DNA from: an uncultured delta proteobacterium
GTDB taxonomy: Bacteria; Desulfobacterota; WTBG01; CAIYCZ01; CAIRTM01
Assembly (NCBI GenBank): GCA_963804955.1
Contig: CAWDSQ010000026.1
Coordinates: 1-64,000, forward strand
Direction of reading: 5' to 3'
Length of the DNA stretch: 64,000 nucleotides
Numbering within the stretch: position 1 is the first letter of the stretch; each line of letters begins with the position of its first letter. The notes beneath the pieces are model-generated. The model saw only the letters and a list, made by a program, of their open reading frames with translations. It made no database searches and was not told the DNA's origin. Positions 54,587 through 64,000 of the stretch are shown piece after piece. The translations under genes and the position numbers were made by a program.

Positions 54587-55552
54587 TCACGCGGGAACAG
54601 ACTCAAGCTCACCGATCAATTGCCGAAAAATTTCAGCAACCGGCAGTATCTCTTTAATTTTCCAGGCATTGGCCCCGGAAAACACAAGTCCGTTTTCCAC
54701 ATCTCCACGCATCGCCATCATCAGGCGCTCATAAATGCAATACAGCCGCGAACAGGTCTTCAGGCACTGTATCTCGCATCGCTCTCTCTTCAGCGTGCCG
54801 TCTTCAAGTTCCCGGATAAATTTATTGCGGATTGCTCGCCCAGGCATACCAACCGGGCTCGTCATCTCGACAATATCTTCCCTGTTCGAATTCATATACA
54901 TTTGCTTATATGCAAGAGGCGCCGCGCATTCTTCAGAGCACACAAAGCGCGTCGCCATCTGTACGCCATCGGCGCCCATTTTGAGATATTTGGCAATGTC
55001 AAACCCATTCATGATACCGCCCGCCGCAAGCACGGGAATTGTCTTTACTGCCGCACGGACCTCGGGAAATATTTCATCGATTGAACGGTCCGTTCCCAAA
55101 TGACCGCCAGCCTCGGTGCCTTCAACCACTACGGCCCTGGCGCCAAGTCTTTCGGCAAGAAGGCCGGCTCTGGCCGATGATACGATAGAGACAACCTGCG
55201 TTCTGGTGCCCTCAACCATTTTATATACTTCGCGCGAAAAACCGGCACCGGTAAAAATCAAATCAGCTCCTGCATGAATGGATGCTTCGACAATTTCAGC
55301 AAAACGCGTTAAAACATACATAATATTAACAGAGACTATACCCGTAGTAAGCTCCCGGCATTTCCTGATTTCAGCAATCAGCGATTCAGCATCAATCGCG
55401 GAGGCCCCGATCACGCCGATACCACCGGCATTGGAAACAGCTGCTGCAAGGGCCGCCATTGAGTTGCGAACGGACATACCTCCCTGCACAATCGGTATGC
55501 GCGCTGTGTACGGGCCTATTTTAAGTTCTTTAAAATTCATGCTTAACTCCAT
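54587..55552 (-). CDS. Nitronate monooxygenase / FabK-like flavoprotein
   Basis: PIVQGGM, EG.EAGGH, AAGGI and GVQMATRF motifs. Lies downstream of acpP-fabF. Confidence 0.85.
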   Translation of the reverse strand: MELSMNFKELKIGPYTARIPIVQGGMSVRNSMAALAAAVSNAGGIGVIGASAIDAESLIAEIRKCRELTTGIVSVNIMYVLTRFAEIVEASIHAGADLIFTGAGFSREVYKMVEGTRTQVVSIVSSARAGLLAERLGARAVVVEGTEAGGHLGTDRSIDEIFPEVRAAVKTIPVLAAGGIMNGFDIAKYLKMGADGVQMATRFVCSEECAAPLAYKQMYMNSNREDIVEMTSPVGMPGRAIRNKFIRELEDGTLKRERCEIQCLKTCSRLYCIYERLMMAMRGDVENGLVFSGANAWKIKEILPVAEIFRQLIGELESVPA

Positions 55553-55642
55553 TGATCATCCATCACTTTCGGAACAGACTTTACAGGTTTTATGCCTGTC
55601 AATTAAAGACGCCGACTAGCCTATTCTATCACAAAGCAACAA

Positions 55643-56912
55643 TTATACCTCAAATTTCCTGAAAAGCAAGGTTGCATTGGTGCCGCCGAAACCGAAGGAA
55701 TTGCTCATGGCCACCTTGATGGCTTTTTCACGGGCCACATTAGGCACATAGTCAAGATCGCACTCGGGGTCCTGATTGTCATAGTTGATTGTCGGCGGCA
55801 GCACGCCGTTTTGCAGGGCAAGCACGCTGAAAATCGCCTCAACGCCGCCCGCCGCACCCAGCATATGCCCGGTCATGGACTTGGTGGAGCTGACAGCAGC
55901 CTTTTTTGCACAGTCCTTCAAAACCGTCTTCATGGCCTGTGTCTCGGCCAAATCATTTGCGGGTGTTGAGGTGCCGTGAGCGTTAATGTAATCAATCTGG
56001 TCATAGGTCAGCCCGGCATCTTTTAACGCAAGGTTCATGCAGCGGGCAGCCCCCTCGCCGCCCGGAGACGGTGAGGTGATATGATAGGCATCCCCATTGC
56101 AGCCGAAACCGGCCATTTCCGCATAGATCCGCGCACCCCGCTTCTTTGCATGTTCAAGCTCTTCAAGCACCACTATGCCGGCGCCTTCTGCAATCACAAA
56201 GCCGTCCCGGTCACGCTCAAAGGGGCGGCTTGCCCGTGCCGGCTCATGGTTATGCGTGGCTGAGAGGGCCTTCATGGCGCTGAAGCCGCCGATGCCAAGA
56301 GGGGAAATGGTCGATTCGGCTCCGCCGGTAATCATGGCATCGGCATCGCCGCGCTGGATTATCCTGAAGGCCGTTCCGATAGAATGGTTTGAGGTCGCGC
56401 ATGCCGTTACCGCGCTGCTGTTAGGCCCCTTGCACCCGAAATACATGGAAATATGTCCCGGCGCAAGGTTGATGATAAGCATGGGTATAAAAAAGGGCGA
56501 TATCTTTTTCGATCCGCTCTTGAGATAAATCTCGTGATATTTCTCTATAGTCGACAAGACCGCCGATTGCAGCCCCCACAAGCACGCCCACACGCTCAGC
56601 ATTGCGTTCGGTTATTTCGAGGCCCGAGCTCTTCATCGCCATTTTGCCTGCGGCAAGGGTATAGTGAAGAAAGATATCCATCTTCTTTATTTCTTTTTTA
56701 TCCTCGATATAATCATCCGGGTTGAAGTTTTTCACCTCGCCGGCGATTTTAACGGGGAAATCAGAGGCATCAAACCGGGTAATGCAGCCGATTCCAGAAC
56801 GGCCGTTTGTGGCTGCTTCCCAGTTCGCCTCAACGCCGATCCCCAGCGGACTGAGCATGCCGAGGCCGGTTACCACTACTCTTCGCTTTTCCAATGCTTG
56901 TATCTCCTTCAA
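55643..56912 (-). CDS. fabF: Beta-ketoacyl-ACP synthase II (frameshifted)
   Basis: [33 protein letters not shown] and SNSFGFGG motifs. Confidence 0.95.
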
Positions 56913-56917
56913 GGGTA

Positions 56918-57160
56918 TTACTGCTTGTGCGCCTTGATATAATCGATGGCATCCTTTACTGTCTGAATCTTCTCGGCCGCTTCATCGGGAATCTCCTGGC
57001 CGAATTTCTCTTCAAACACCATGATGAGCTCAACCAGGTCAAGGGAGTCGGCACCCAGATCATCAACAAATGAAGCCTCGGGTACAACTTCTTCTGCGCT
57101 TACCGAAAGCTGCTCGACGATAATTTCCTTTACCAGGTCTTCAATGGTTTTATCTGCCAT
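56918..57160 (-). CDS. acpP: Acyl carrier protein
   Basis: [13 protein letters not shown]. Confidence 0.97.
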   Translation of the reverse strand: MADKTIEDLVKEIIVEQLSVSAEEVVPEASFVDDLGADSLDLVELIMVFEEKFGQEIPDEAAEKIQTVKDAIDYIKAHKQ

Positions 57161-57236
57161 GGGACTAATCTCCTTGTGTTCGTAATTACTCTTGTTTAAC
57201 ACCGTTCACTAGTAAAAGGTGCGCTGACCAGATACA

Positions 57237-58405
57237 TCAATCTATCTTATGCCCGGCTGCTTCCTTGATAAGATGCTGACCGATGACGGTGCGCTGAATC
57301 TGATTGGCGCCCTCATAGATCTGCAGAATCTTGGCGTCGCGCATCATCTTCTCAACCGGATACTCGCGCATGTAGCCGTAGCCGCCGAATATCTGCACGG
57401 CATCGGTGGTGACGCGCATGCACATATCGGTTGCAAACAGCTTTGCCATGGATGAATACTTCGACATGTCCTTGGCCCCAGAATCAGCATAGCGGGCGGC
57501 CTGATAGGTAAGAGCGCGGGCGGCCTCGATCTCGGTTGCCATATTGGCCAGCATATGCTGCACAGCCTGATGGGAGATGATTGACTTGCCGAAGGTGACG
57601 CGCTCATAGGCATATTTGATCGACTCATTGAGCGCGCCGGTTGCAAGGCCGACGGCCTGAATTGCAATGCCGGAGCGCGTCATGTCAAAAGTCCGCATGG
57701 CTACCATAAAGCCCATGCCCTCCTTGCCGAGCATCATGTCCTTTGCTGACCTTACAGTCTTCAAACACCAGCTCGCGCGTTGCCGATGCCCGGATGCCGA
57801 GCTTCTTTTCCTTCTTGCCGAAGGTAAATCCCGGGCTGGCCCTTTTCAAGAATAAAGGCGCTTGCGCCGCGGGGGCCCTTTGAGGGATCGGTCTTGGCGA
57901 CCACAGAATAGGTTTCTGCCTCGCCGCCATTGGTGATCCACTGCTTCACGCCATTGAGAACATAAAAGCCGTCTTCTTTTTTGGCTGTCGTGCGGATATT
58001 GGCCGCATCGCTGCCGGCGCCTGACTCGGTGATGCCGAAGGCAGCAAGCTTTTTGCCAGAGGCGATATCGGGCAGGTATTTCAGCTTCTGCTCATGGCTG
58101 CCGAACAGCAGAATCGGATAGGCGCCAAGGCCGCTTGCGGCAAAGCTCAGAGAAATGCCGATACAGTACTTGCTGAGCTCTTCAATGACAAGAACATTTT
58201 CAAAGCTCTCGAAGCCCATGCCGCCGTACTCTTCGGGAATATAAATACCGAACAGGCCGGCATCAGCCAGCACCTTCATGACGCTCCAGGGAAACTCCTC
58301 CTTCTCGTCAAGCTCGGCACGCACGGGGATAATCTTTTCCCTGGCTATCTTGCGCGCCAGCGCAACCATCTGCATTTGCATGTCGTTTAATCCATAATCA
58401 AGCAT
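57237..58405 (-). CDS. Acyl-CoA dehydrogenase (frameshifted)
   Basis: [29 protein letters not shown] and [10 protein letters not shown] motifs. Confidence 0.93.
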
Positions 58406-58622
58406 AGTTTTTAACCTTTCATGTTCTCTGTCGATTTACAATGAAATAGCGCCAAGGCCCGGTTGACTCCGGCTAGTAACGCATGATGAAAAAAAACATC
58501 GTTCCTCCTGCTGAAGCGTTTTTCCCCGGCAGACAATGATCCGCGCCGAAGCTTCAGCTCACATTTCAAAAAAAGAGCCCTGCCGCAGCAACATGCAGGG
58601 CTCTATTCCATCAAAAAACCCA

Positions 58623-60029
58623 TCAGGCTTGTTGCGGAAACTGCCCGGTCCAGCAGTACAGGCACAAGCTCTTCCCGCGGAAGTCCAATGGCTGCCACCA
58701 TATCATCAACGGTCTGAAACCGCAGGGTCGTAACGCCGAGATCCTTTGCTATAAAATCGATCATGCGCTGATGCTGCGGGGTTGTATGATCCAGATACGG
58801 GGTGAGATCCGGATGCTCCGTTCCCTCAAGCTCTATGATAGCTCTGCGGGCTGCCAACTCGTAAATGGACCTGGTGGAAAAAATAAACTTGCAGGGAAAC
58901 ATCAGGGGCGGGCAGGCAAGCCGCACATGCGTTTCCTTTGCCCCGTTCTGCAGCAGCTTTTTGATGGTGAAATTTTTCAGCTGCGTGCCGCGCACCAGAG
59001 AATCGTCGCAGACGATAATGCGCTGGCCTTCGATGATCTCACGAACCGGGATGAGCTTCATTTTGGCAATCAGATCGCGCGTTTCCTGCGACGGCGGCGT
59101 ATAGCTTCTGCCATAGCCGGGAGTATATTTTATAAGCGGCCGCCGGAAAGGCTTTCCCGATTCCATGGCATAGCCCACGGCATGAGCCGTTCCTGAATCG
59201 GGAACGCCGGACACGACATCAACTTCGATATCCTTGTCGCGCTTTGCCAGATACCGGCCGCAGCGCTCCCGCACGATTTCGACATTCATGCCGTCAAAAT
59301 TAGTCGTCGGGAACCCGTATATATCCACATAAACGAGCAGCTCTGCTTGGGCCTCGCGGGGGCCTTGATCTGCTGTATGCCCCGCTCGCTCAGCAGCACG
59401 ATCTCGCCCGCGTCCAGATAGCGCACCACTTCAAAATCACTGTTCACGAACGCGCTGGTCTCGGTCGTTACCGCCCAGTCATTGCCGCGTTTGCCCACGG
59501 CAAGCATGGTGTAGCCGTGGCGGTCGCGCGCGGCATATACGCCGTCTTTATTGAGTATCAAAAGCGATGTGGCGCCCTCAATGGCGTTGAACATCTTCTG
59601 GATGCCATCAATAAAATCATCGCCCTGCGTAATGAGCTTTGCGATAAGCTCGGTAAGGTTGAACCCCTTTCGGCTCACTTCGCTGAAAGAAATGTCTTTC
59701 TCCATGAGCCCGCGGGCAAGAGCGTTGCTGTTTTCTATAAAGCCGTCGGTGGCTATGCAGAACTGGCCGAACTTGGAATTCTGGTAAATGGGCTGCTCGT
59801 CGATGCCGCTGATGACGCCGATACCCTTGTTGCCCTTGAACAGCTTATAGTCATCTGCAAATTTAGACTTAAACTGGCTTTGGCCGATATTATGGATACA
59901 GCGCGTAAATGTTTCTCCGAGCACTGCCATACCGCCGAACTCGGTGCCGAGATGCGTGTGGTAATCGACGCCGTAAAACAGATCAGAAATACATTCCCCC
60001 TGGGTAACAACACCGAACATGCCGCTCAT
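58623..60029 (-). CDS. purF: Amidophosphoribosyltransferase variant lacking the N-terminal Cys (frameshifted)
   Basis: Starts MSGMFG. Contains AARD, GVPDSG, DDSLVRGTQ, ACPPLMFPC and C-terminal LCLYCWTG. Confidence 0.85.
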
Positions 60030-60051
60030 TTATTAATCTCCTTGTACGTTT

Positions 60052-60345
60052 AGAATTCAGAAGTCAGTAGCCAGAATTCAGAAGTCTGAATGCCGGTATT
60101 GCACACCTATACCTTCATTGCGCAATCCGTGCGAAGCATTCCCTAAAGGGAACCAATCAGCTATCCGGATTTTTGAAATAGCAATCAACTCCTGCATAAC
60201 AGCTAATCCTGCAGTTGAAAAGATTCCGGACAAGCCGGAATGACAAATTAATTTAGCATTTTTCTTACTCGTAAGGGCACGGCACGCCGTGCCCTTACGA
60301 ACAGTCTGTTTTGTATTCAGAATTCTGGCTTCTGAATTCTGTTCT
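60052..60345. repeat. Heptamer-flanked composite containing two different REP-like palindromes
   Basis: AGAATTCAGAAGTCAG ... CTGGCTTCTGAATTCT, with internal GATTCCGGACAAGCCGGAATGAC and TCGTAAGGGCACGGCACGCCGTGCCCTTACGA. Confidence 0.75.
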
Positions 60346-60359
60346 TTTTTAATCCAAAA

Positions 60360-63300
60360 TCAGATAATTTCCGCATGATACTGCTGCAGGGATTTTACTT
60401 CACCATAGCCCTTGCGGAAAGCCGCAATACCCTTGGCAGCGGCAATCGCTGCGGCCGTGGTGGTGACATACGGTATTTTGTTTTTTATGGCTGCTTTGCG
60501 AATAAAGGAATCATCCTGTTTGCTCAGCCGTCCTGAGGGCGTATTGATGATAAGCTGAATCTCGCCATTGGCAATGCTGTCTGCAATATTGGGACGGCCC
60601 TCATGCACCTTGAGAATTTTTTCTGTTTTGATCCCGCAGTTTTCAAGAAAAGCATTGGTGCCGCCGGTAGTCTTGATGGTAAAGCCAAGCTCGGCAAACT
60701 CGCGGGCAACCTCAACCGCATCCTCCTTGTCATGGTCGGCAACAGTGATCAGCACGGTGCCTTTCGCGGGCAGGGTCTGCTGGGCGGCTTCCTGGGCCTT
60801 GTAAAATGCCAGGCCATAGGAATCAGCCATGCCGAGAACCTCGCCGGTTGAGCGCATTTCCGGCCCGAGCACCGGATCGACCTCCGGAAACATATTGAAC
60901 GGAAAAACCGCTTCCTTGACGCCGAAATGCGAAAAGGCGCCATGCTTCAGCTTCAGCGATGAAAGCTTTTTGCCGAGCATAAGCTGCATGGCAATGCGCG
61001 CCATGGGAATATTGCAGACCTTGGATACCAGGGGCACGGTCCGCGAAGCGCGCGGGTTTGCCTCAAGGATATAGACCGTATCGCCGGCAATGGCGTACTG
61101 GATATTGATAAGCCCCACAACGCCCATTTCTATGGCGATCCGGCGGGTGTACTCGGTAATGGTCTTAATATGGCTGCCGGCAATACTCACCGGCGGGATA
61201 ACGCAGGCCGAGTCTCCGGAGTGAATGCCGGCCAGTTCGATATGCTCCATCACGGCCGGCACAAAAGCATCGGTTCCGTCTGACAGCGCGTCGGCTTCGC
61301 ACTCGATGGCATTCTGCAAAAACCGGTCTATGAGAATAGGCCTCTCGGGCGCCACATCAACGGCCGCTGTCACATAGCGCCGCAGCATCTCTTCATCATA
61401 CACCACCTCCATTGCCCGGCCCCCCAGCACATAGGAAGGCCGCACCATCAGCGGATAGCCTATTTTTTTCGCAATCGCAAGAGCCTGCTCGAGCGTGCTT
61501 GCCATGCCCGACTCGGGCTGGGGAATCTTCAGCTTCTGCATTATCTGCCTGAACCGGTCGCGGTCCTCGGCAAGATCGATCACATCGGGCGATGTGCCAA
61601 GTATCTTTACCCCGCACTTCTCAAGATCGGCCGCAATATTGAGCGGCGTCTGGCCGCCGAACTGCACCACAATGCCCTCGGGCTTTTCCCGCTCATAAAT
61701 ACTGAAAACATCCTCAACCGTCAGCGGTTCGAAATAGAGCTTGTTTGAAGTGTCATAATCCGTTGAAACGGTTTCGGGGTTGCAGTTGACCATGATCGAC
61801 TCGAATCCCTCGTCCCGCAGGGCGAATGCCGCATGCACGGCGCAGTAGTCGAACTCTATGCCCTGGCCGATGCGGTTCGGACCGCCCCCGAGCACCATGA
61901 TTTTACGGTTCGGGCTGATCGGGTTGTTATCCGACTTGTGATAATTCGAAAAATAATAGGCGGCATTCTCCACACCGCTCACGCGCACGGCTTCCCATGA
62001 TTCCGCCATACCCAGACCCAGGCGCTGATCGCGAATTGTTTTTTCCGGCACCTCAAGAATGCGGGCAAGATAGCGGTCGGCAAAGCCGTCTTTTTTGGCC
62101 TGTATAAGCAGATCATTGGGTACCTGTTTGCCCTTATAGGCCAGAACTTTCTCCTCAAGCTCAACCAGCTCCTTCATCTGCTGGATAAACCACGCCTTGA
62201 TATAGGTCTTTTCATGCAACTCCTCCACGCCGGCCCCCTTGCGCAGGGCCTCGTACATAATGAACTGGCGCTCGCTGGTTGGCGTTGCAACCATGCTCAT
62301 GAGCTCCTCAAGGGATCGTTTATTGAAATCCTTTGCAAACCCGAGACCGTGGCGGCCTGTTTCAAGGGAGCGGATGGCCTTCTGAAACCCTTCCTTGTAA
62401 TTTTTACCAATGCTCATCACCTCCCCCACGGCGCGCATCTGCGTGCCGAGCAGATCAATAACACCGGGGAACTTTTCGAAAGCCCAGCGGCAGAACTTCA
62501 CCACCACATACTCTCCCGAGGGGGAATACTTTTCAAGTGTTCCGTCGCGCCAGTAGGGAATTTCGTCCATGGTGAGGCCGCCGGCAAGCAGCGATGAAAC
62601 AAGAGCAATGGGGAAGCCTGTCGCCTTTGAGGCCAGGGCTGATGAGCGCGATGTGCGCGGATTTATCTCGATCACCACAATACGGCCGGTTTCCGGATTA
62701 TGGGCAAACTGCACATTGGTTCCGCCGATGACGCCGATGGCCTCGACGATATCGTATGAGTGCTTCTGCAGGCGAGCCTGCAGTTCGGGTGTTATGGTGA
62801 GCATGGGCGCAACGCAGTAGGAATCGCCCGTATGCACGCCCATGGCATCAACATTTTCAATAAAGCACACAGTGATTTTCTGGTTTTTGGCGTCGCGCAC
62901 AACCTCAAGCTCAAGCTCTTCCCACCCGAGAACCGACTCCTCGATCAAAATCTGCCCGATGCGGCTGGCCGATATACCGCGGCTGGCAACCACCCGCAGT
63001 TCATCGAGATTATACACAAGGCCGCCTCCCGTACCGCCCATGGTATAGGCAGGCCGCACCACCACCGGATAGCCCAGGCGGGCAGCAACTTTTTCAGCGT
63101 CTTCCACGCTGTACACGGCTTCGCTTTCGGGCATGTCGATCCCGAGGCGGTTCATGGTTTCCTTGAAGGCAATGCGGTCTTCACCGCGCTCGATAGCGTC
63201 AAGGTTCACGCCGATCACCTTCACCCCGTATTTATCAAGCACGCCCATCTTGTTGAGCTCGGAGGAAAGGTTCAGCCCCGTCTGCCCGCCCAGATTCGGC

Positions 63301-63560
63301 AGCAGCGCATCAGGCCGCTCTTTAGCGATGATTTTTTCCAGCACATGCACATTGAGCGGCTCGATATAGGTCCGGTCAGCCATGCCGGGGTCAGTCATGA
63401 TGGTTGCGGGGTTTGAGTTCACAAGCACGATTTCATACCCGAGTTGCCGCAGGGCCTTGCAGGCCTGGGTTCCCGAATAGTCGAACTCACAGGCCTGGCC
63501 GATCACGATGGGGCCCGAGCCTATAATCATCACTTTTTTAATGTCCTGGCGCTTTGGCAT
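60360..63560 (-). CDS. carB: Carbamoyl-phosphate synthase large subunit
   Basis: MPKR.DI, GSGPIVIGQACEFDYSG, GGGPNRIGQGIEFDY, RPSYVLGG and an MGS domain. Confidence 0.98.
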   Translation of the reverse strand: MPKRQDIKKVMIIGSGPIVIGQACEFDYSGTQACKALRQLGYEIVLVNSNPATIMTDPGMADRTYIEPLNVHVLEKIIAKERPDALLPNLGGQTGLNLSSELNKMGVLDKYGVKVIGVNLDAIERGEDRIAFKETMNRLGIDMPESEAVYSVEDAEKVAARLGYPVVVRPAYTMGGTGGGLVYNLDELRVVASRGISASRIGQILIEESVLGWEELELEVVRDAKNQKITVCFIENVDAMGVHTGDSYCVAPMLTITPELQARLQKHSYDIVEAIGVIGGTNVQFAHNPETGRIVVIEINPRTSRSSALASKATGFPIALVSSLLAGGLTMDEIPYWRDGTLEKYSPSGEYVVVKFCRWAFEKFPGVIDLLGTQMRAVGEVMSIGKNYKEGFQKAIRSLETGRHGLGFAKDFNKRSLEELMSMVATPTSERQFIMYEALRKGAGVEELHEKTYIKAWFIQQMKELVELEEKVLAYKGKQVPNDLLIQAKKDGFADRYLARILEVPEKTIRDQRLGLGMAESWEAVRVSGVENAAYYFSNYHKSDNNPISPNRKIMVLGGGPNRIGQGIEFDYCAVHAAFALRDEGFESIMVNCNPETVSTDYDTSNKLYFEPLTVEDVFSIYEREKPEGIVVQFGGQTPLNIAADLEKCGVKILGTSPDVIDLAEDRDRFRQIMQKLKIPQPESGMASTLEQALAIAKKIGYPLMVRPSYVLGGRAMEVVYDEEMLRRYVTAAVDVAPERPILIDRFLQNAIECEADALSDGTDAFVPAVMEHIELAGIHSGDSACVIPPVSIAGSHIKTITEYTRRIAIEMGVVGLINIQYAIAGDTVYILEANPRASRTVPLVSKVCNIPMARIAMQLMLGKKLSSLKLKHGAFSHFGVKEAVFPFNMFPEVDPVLGPEMRSTGEVLGMADSYGLAFYKAQEAAQQTLPAKGTVLITVADHDKEDAVEVAREFAELGFTIKTTGGTNAFLENCGIKTEKILKVHEGRPNIADSIANGEIQLIINTPSGRLSKQDDSFIRKAAIKNKIPYVTTTAAAIAAAKGIAAFRKGYGEVKSLQQYHAEII

Positions 63561-64000
63561 GTGCTGATCTCCTTTACTGTACGATGAGGTTACCATTACT
63601 TTAAAAATTGAAGGTGTAGTTCTAGCACAAAACGTTCTATAAAACAATTTTTCCGGCAAAAATTATGTTTCATGCAAAAAACATCAGGCACGGCAAACAC
63701 CAGATATGCTTGTCATGCACACAACAACCCCATGAAAAAACTTAAAAAAACAGTCCTGCGCTATATATGCAGCCTGTTTGACAATCAGATTTTGCGGCAT
63801 TCACTTGCCGATGGGTAACTGCCAAACACCGGGCGCGACGACCGCGCCCTACGCTCCTGATCCCGGATCCCCGACACCTGAACCCTGACCCGGAACTCTT
63901 AAGCCATGCCGCTTGCATTCCCCCTTCGCATGCTTTAAACTAAAGGTTATTTAGAAAAGAAGCCAGAATTCAGCAGTCTGAATTCAGAATAGAAAACACA

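Overview
Bacterial chromosomal window whose gene content and protein sequences look deltaproteobacterial (Desulfobacterota-like; inference). It is mostly housekeeping: DnaJ-class chaperone, ClpX-like ATPase, cimA, amidase, D-aminoacylase, tRNA-Pro, MacAB-type exporter, ilvD, amrB, ampG, efp-epmA, a PAS-GGDEF cyclase, an sxtIJK-like triad, rarA, radical SAM-rng, meaB, trpS, FabK-like/fabF/acpP, purF and carB. About half of the genes, including essential ones, are split by single-base indels, which points to an unpolished long-read assembly rather than real pseudogenes. Four accessory areas stand out. (1) 1-1644 is a near-perfect 363-bp DUF11 tandem array joined abruptly to a truncated host gene. 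(2) 17.0-20.1 kb is a BspA-LRR/thrombospondin surface protein behind a GEMM-I riboswitch with the A20 (3',3'-cGAMP-type) signature, a possible leader-peptide attenuator and an IS1595-family element. (3) 30.0-33.0 kb is a hotspot between convergent ampG and radical-SAM genes. It holds attC-like sites framing an unannotated protein with a caspase/CHAT-like His-Cys dyad, a HicAB module, and diverged relics of the 3' ends of both flanking genes. (4) Intergenic DNA carries nested MITEs, REP-like palindromes and heptamer-repeat elements. No CRISPR array, rRNA or prophage was seen.
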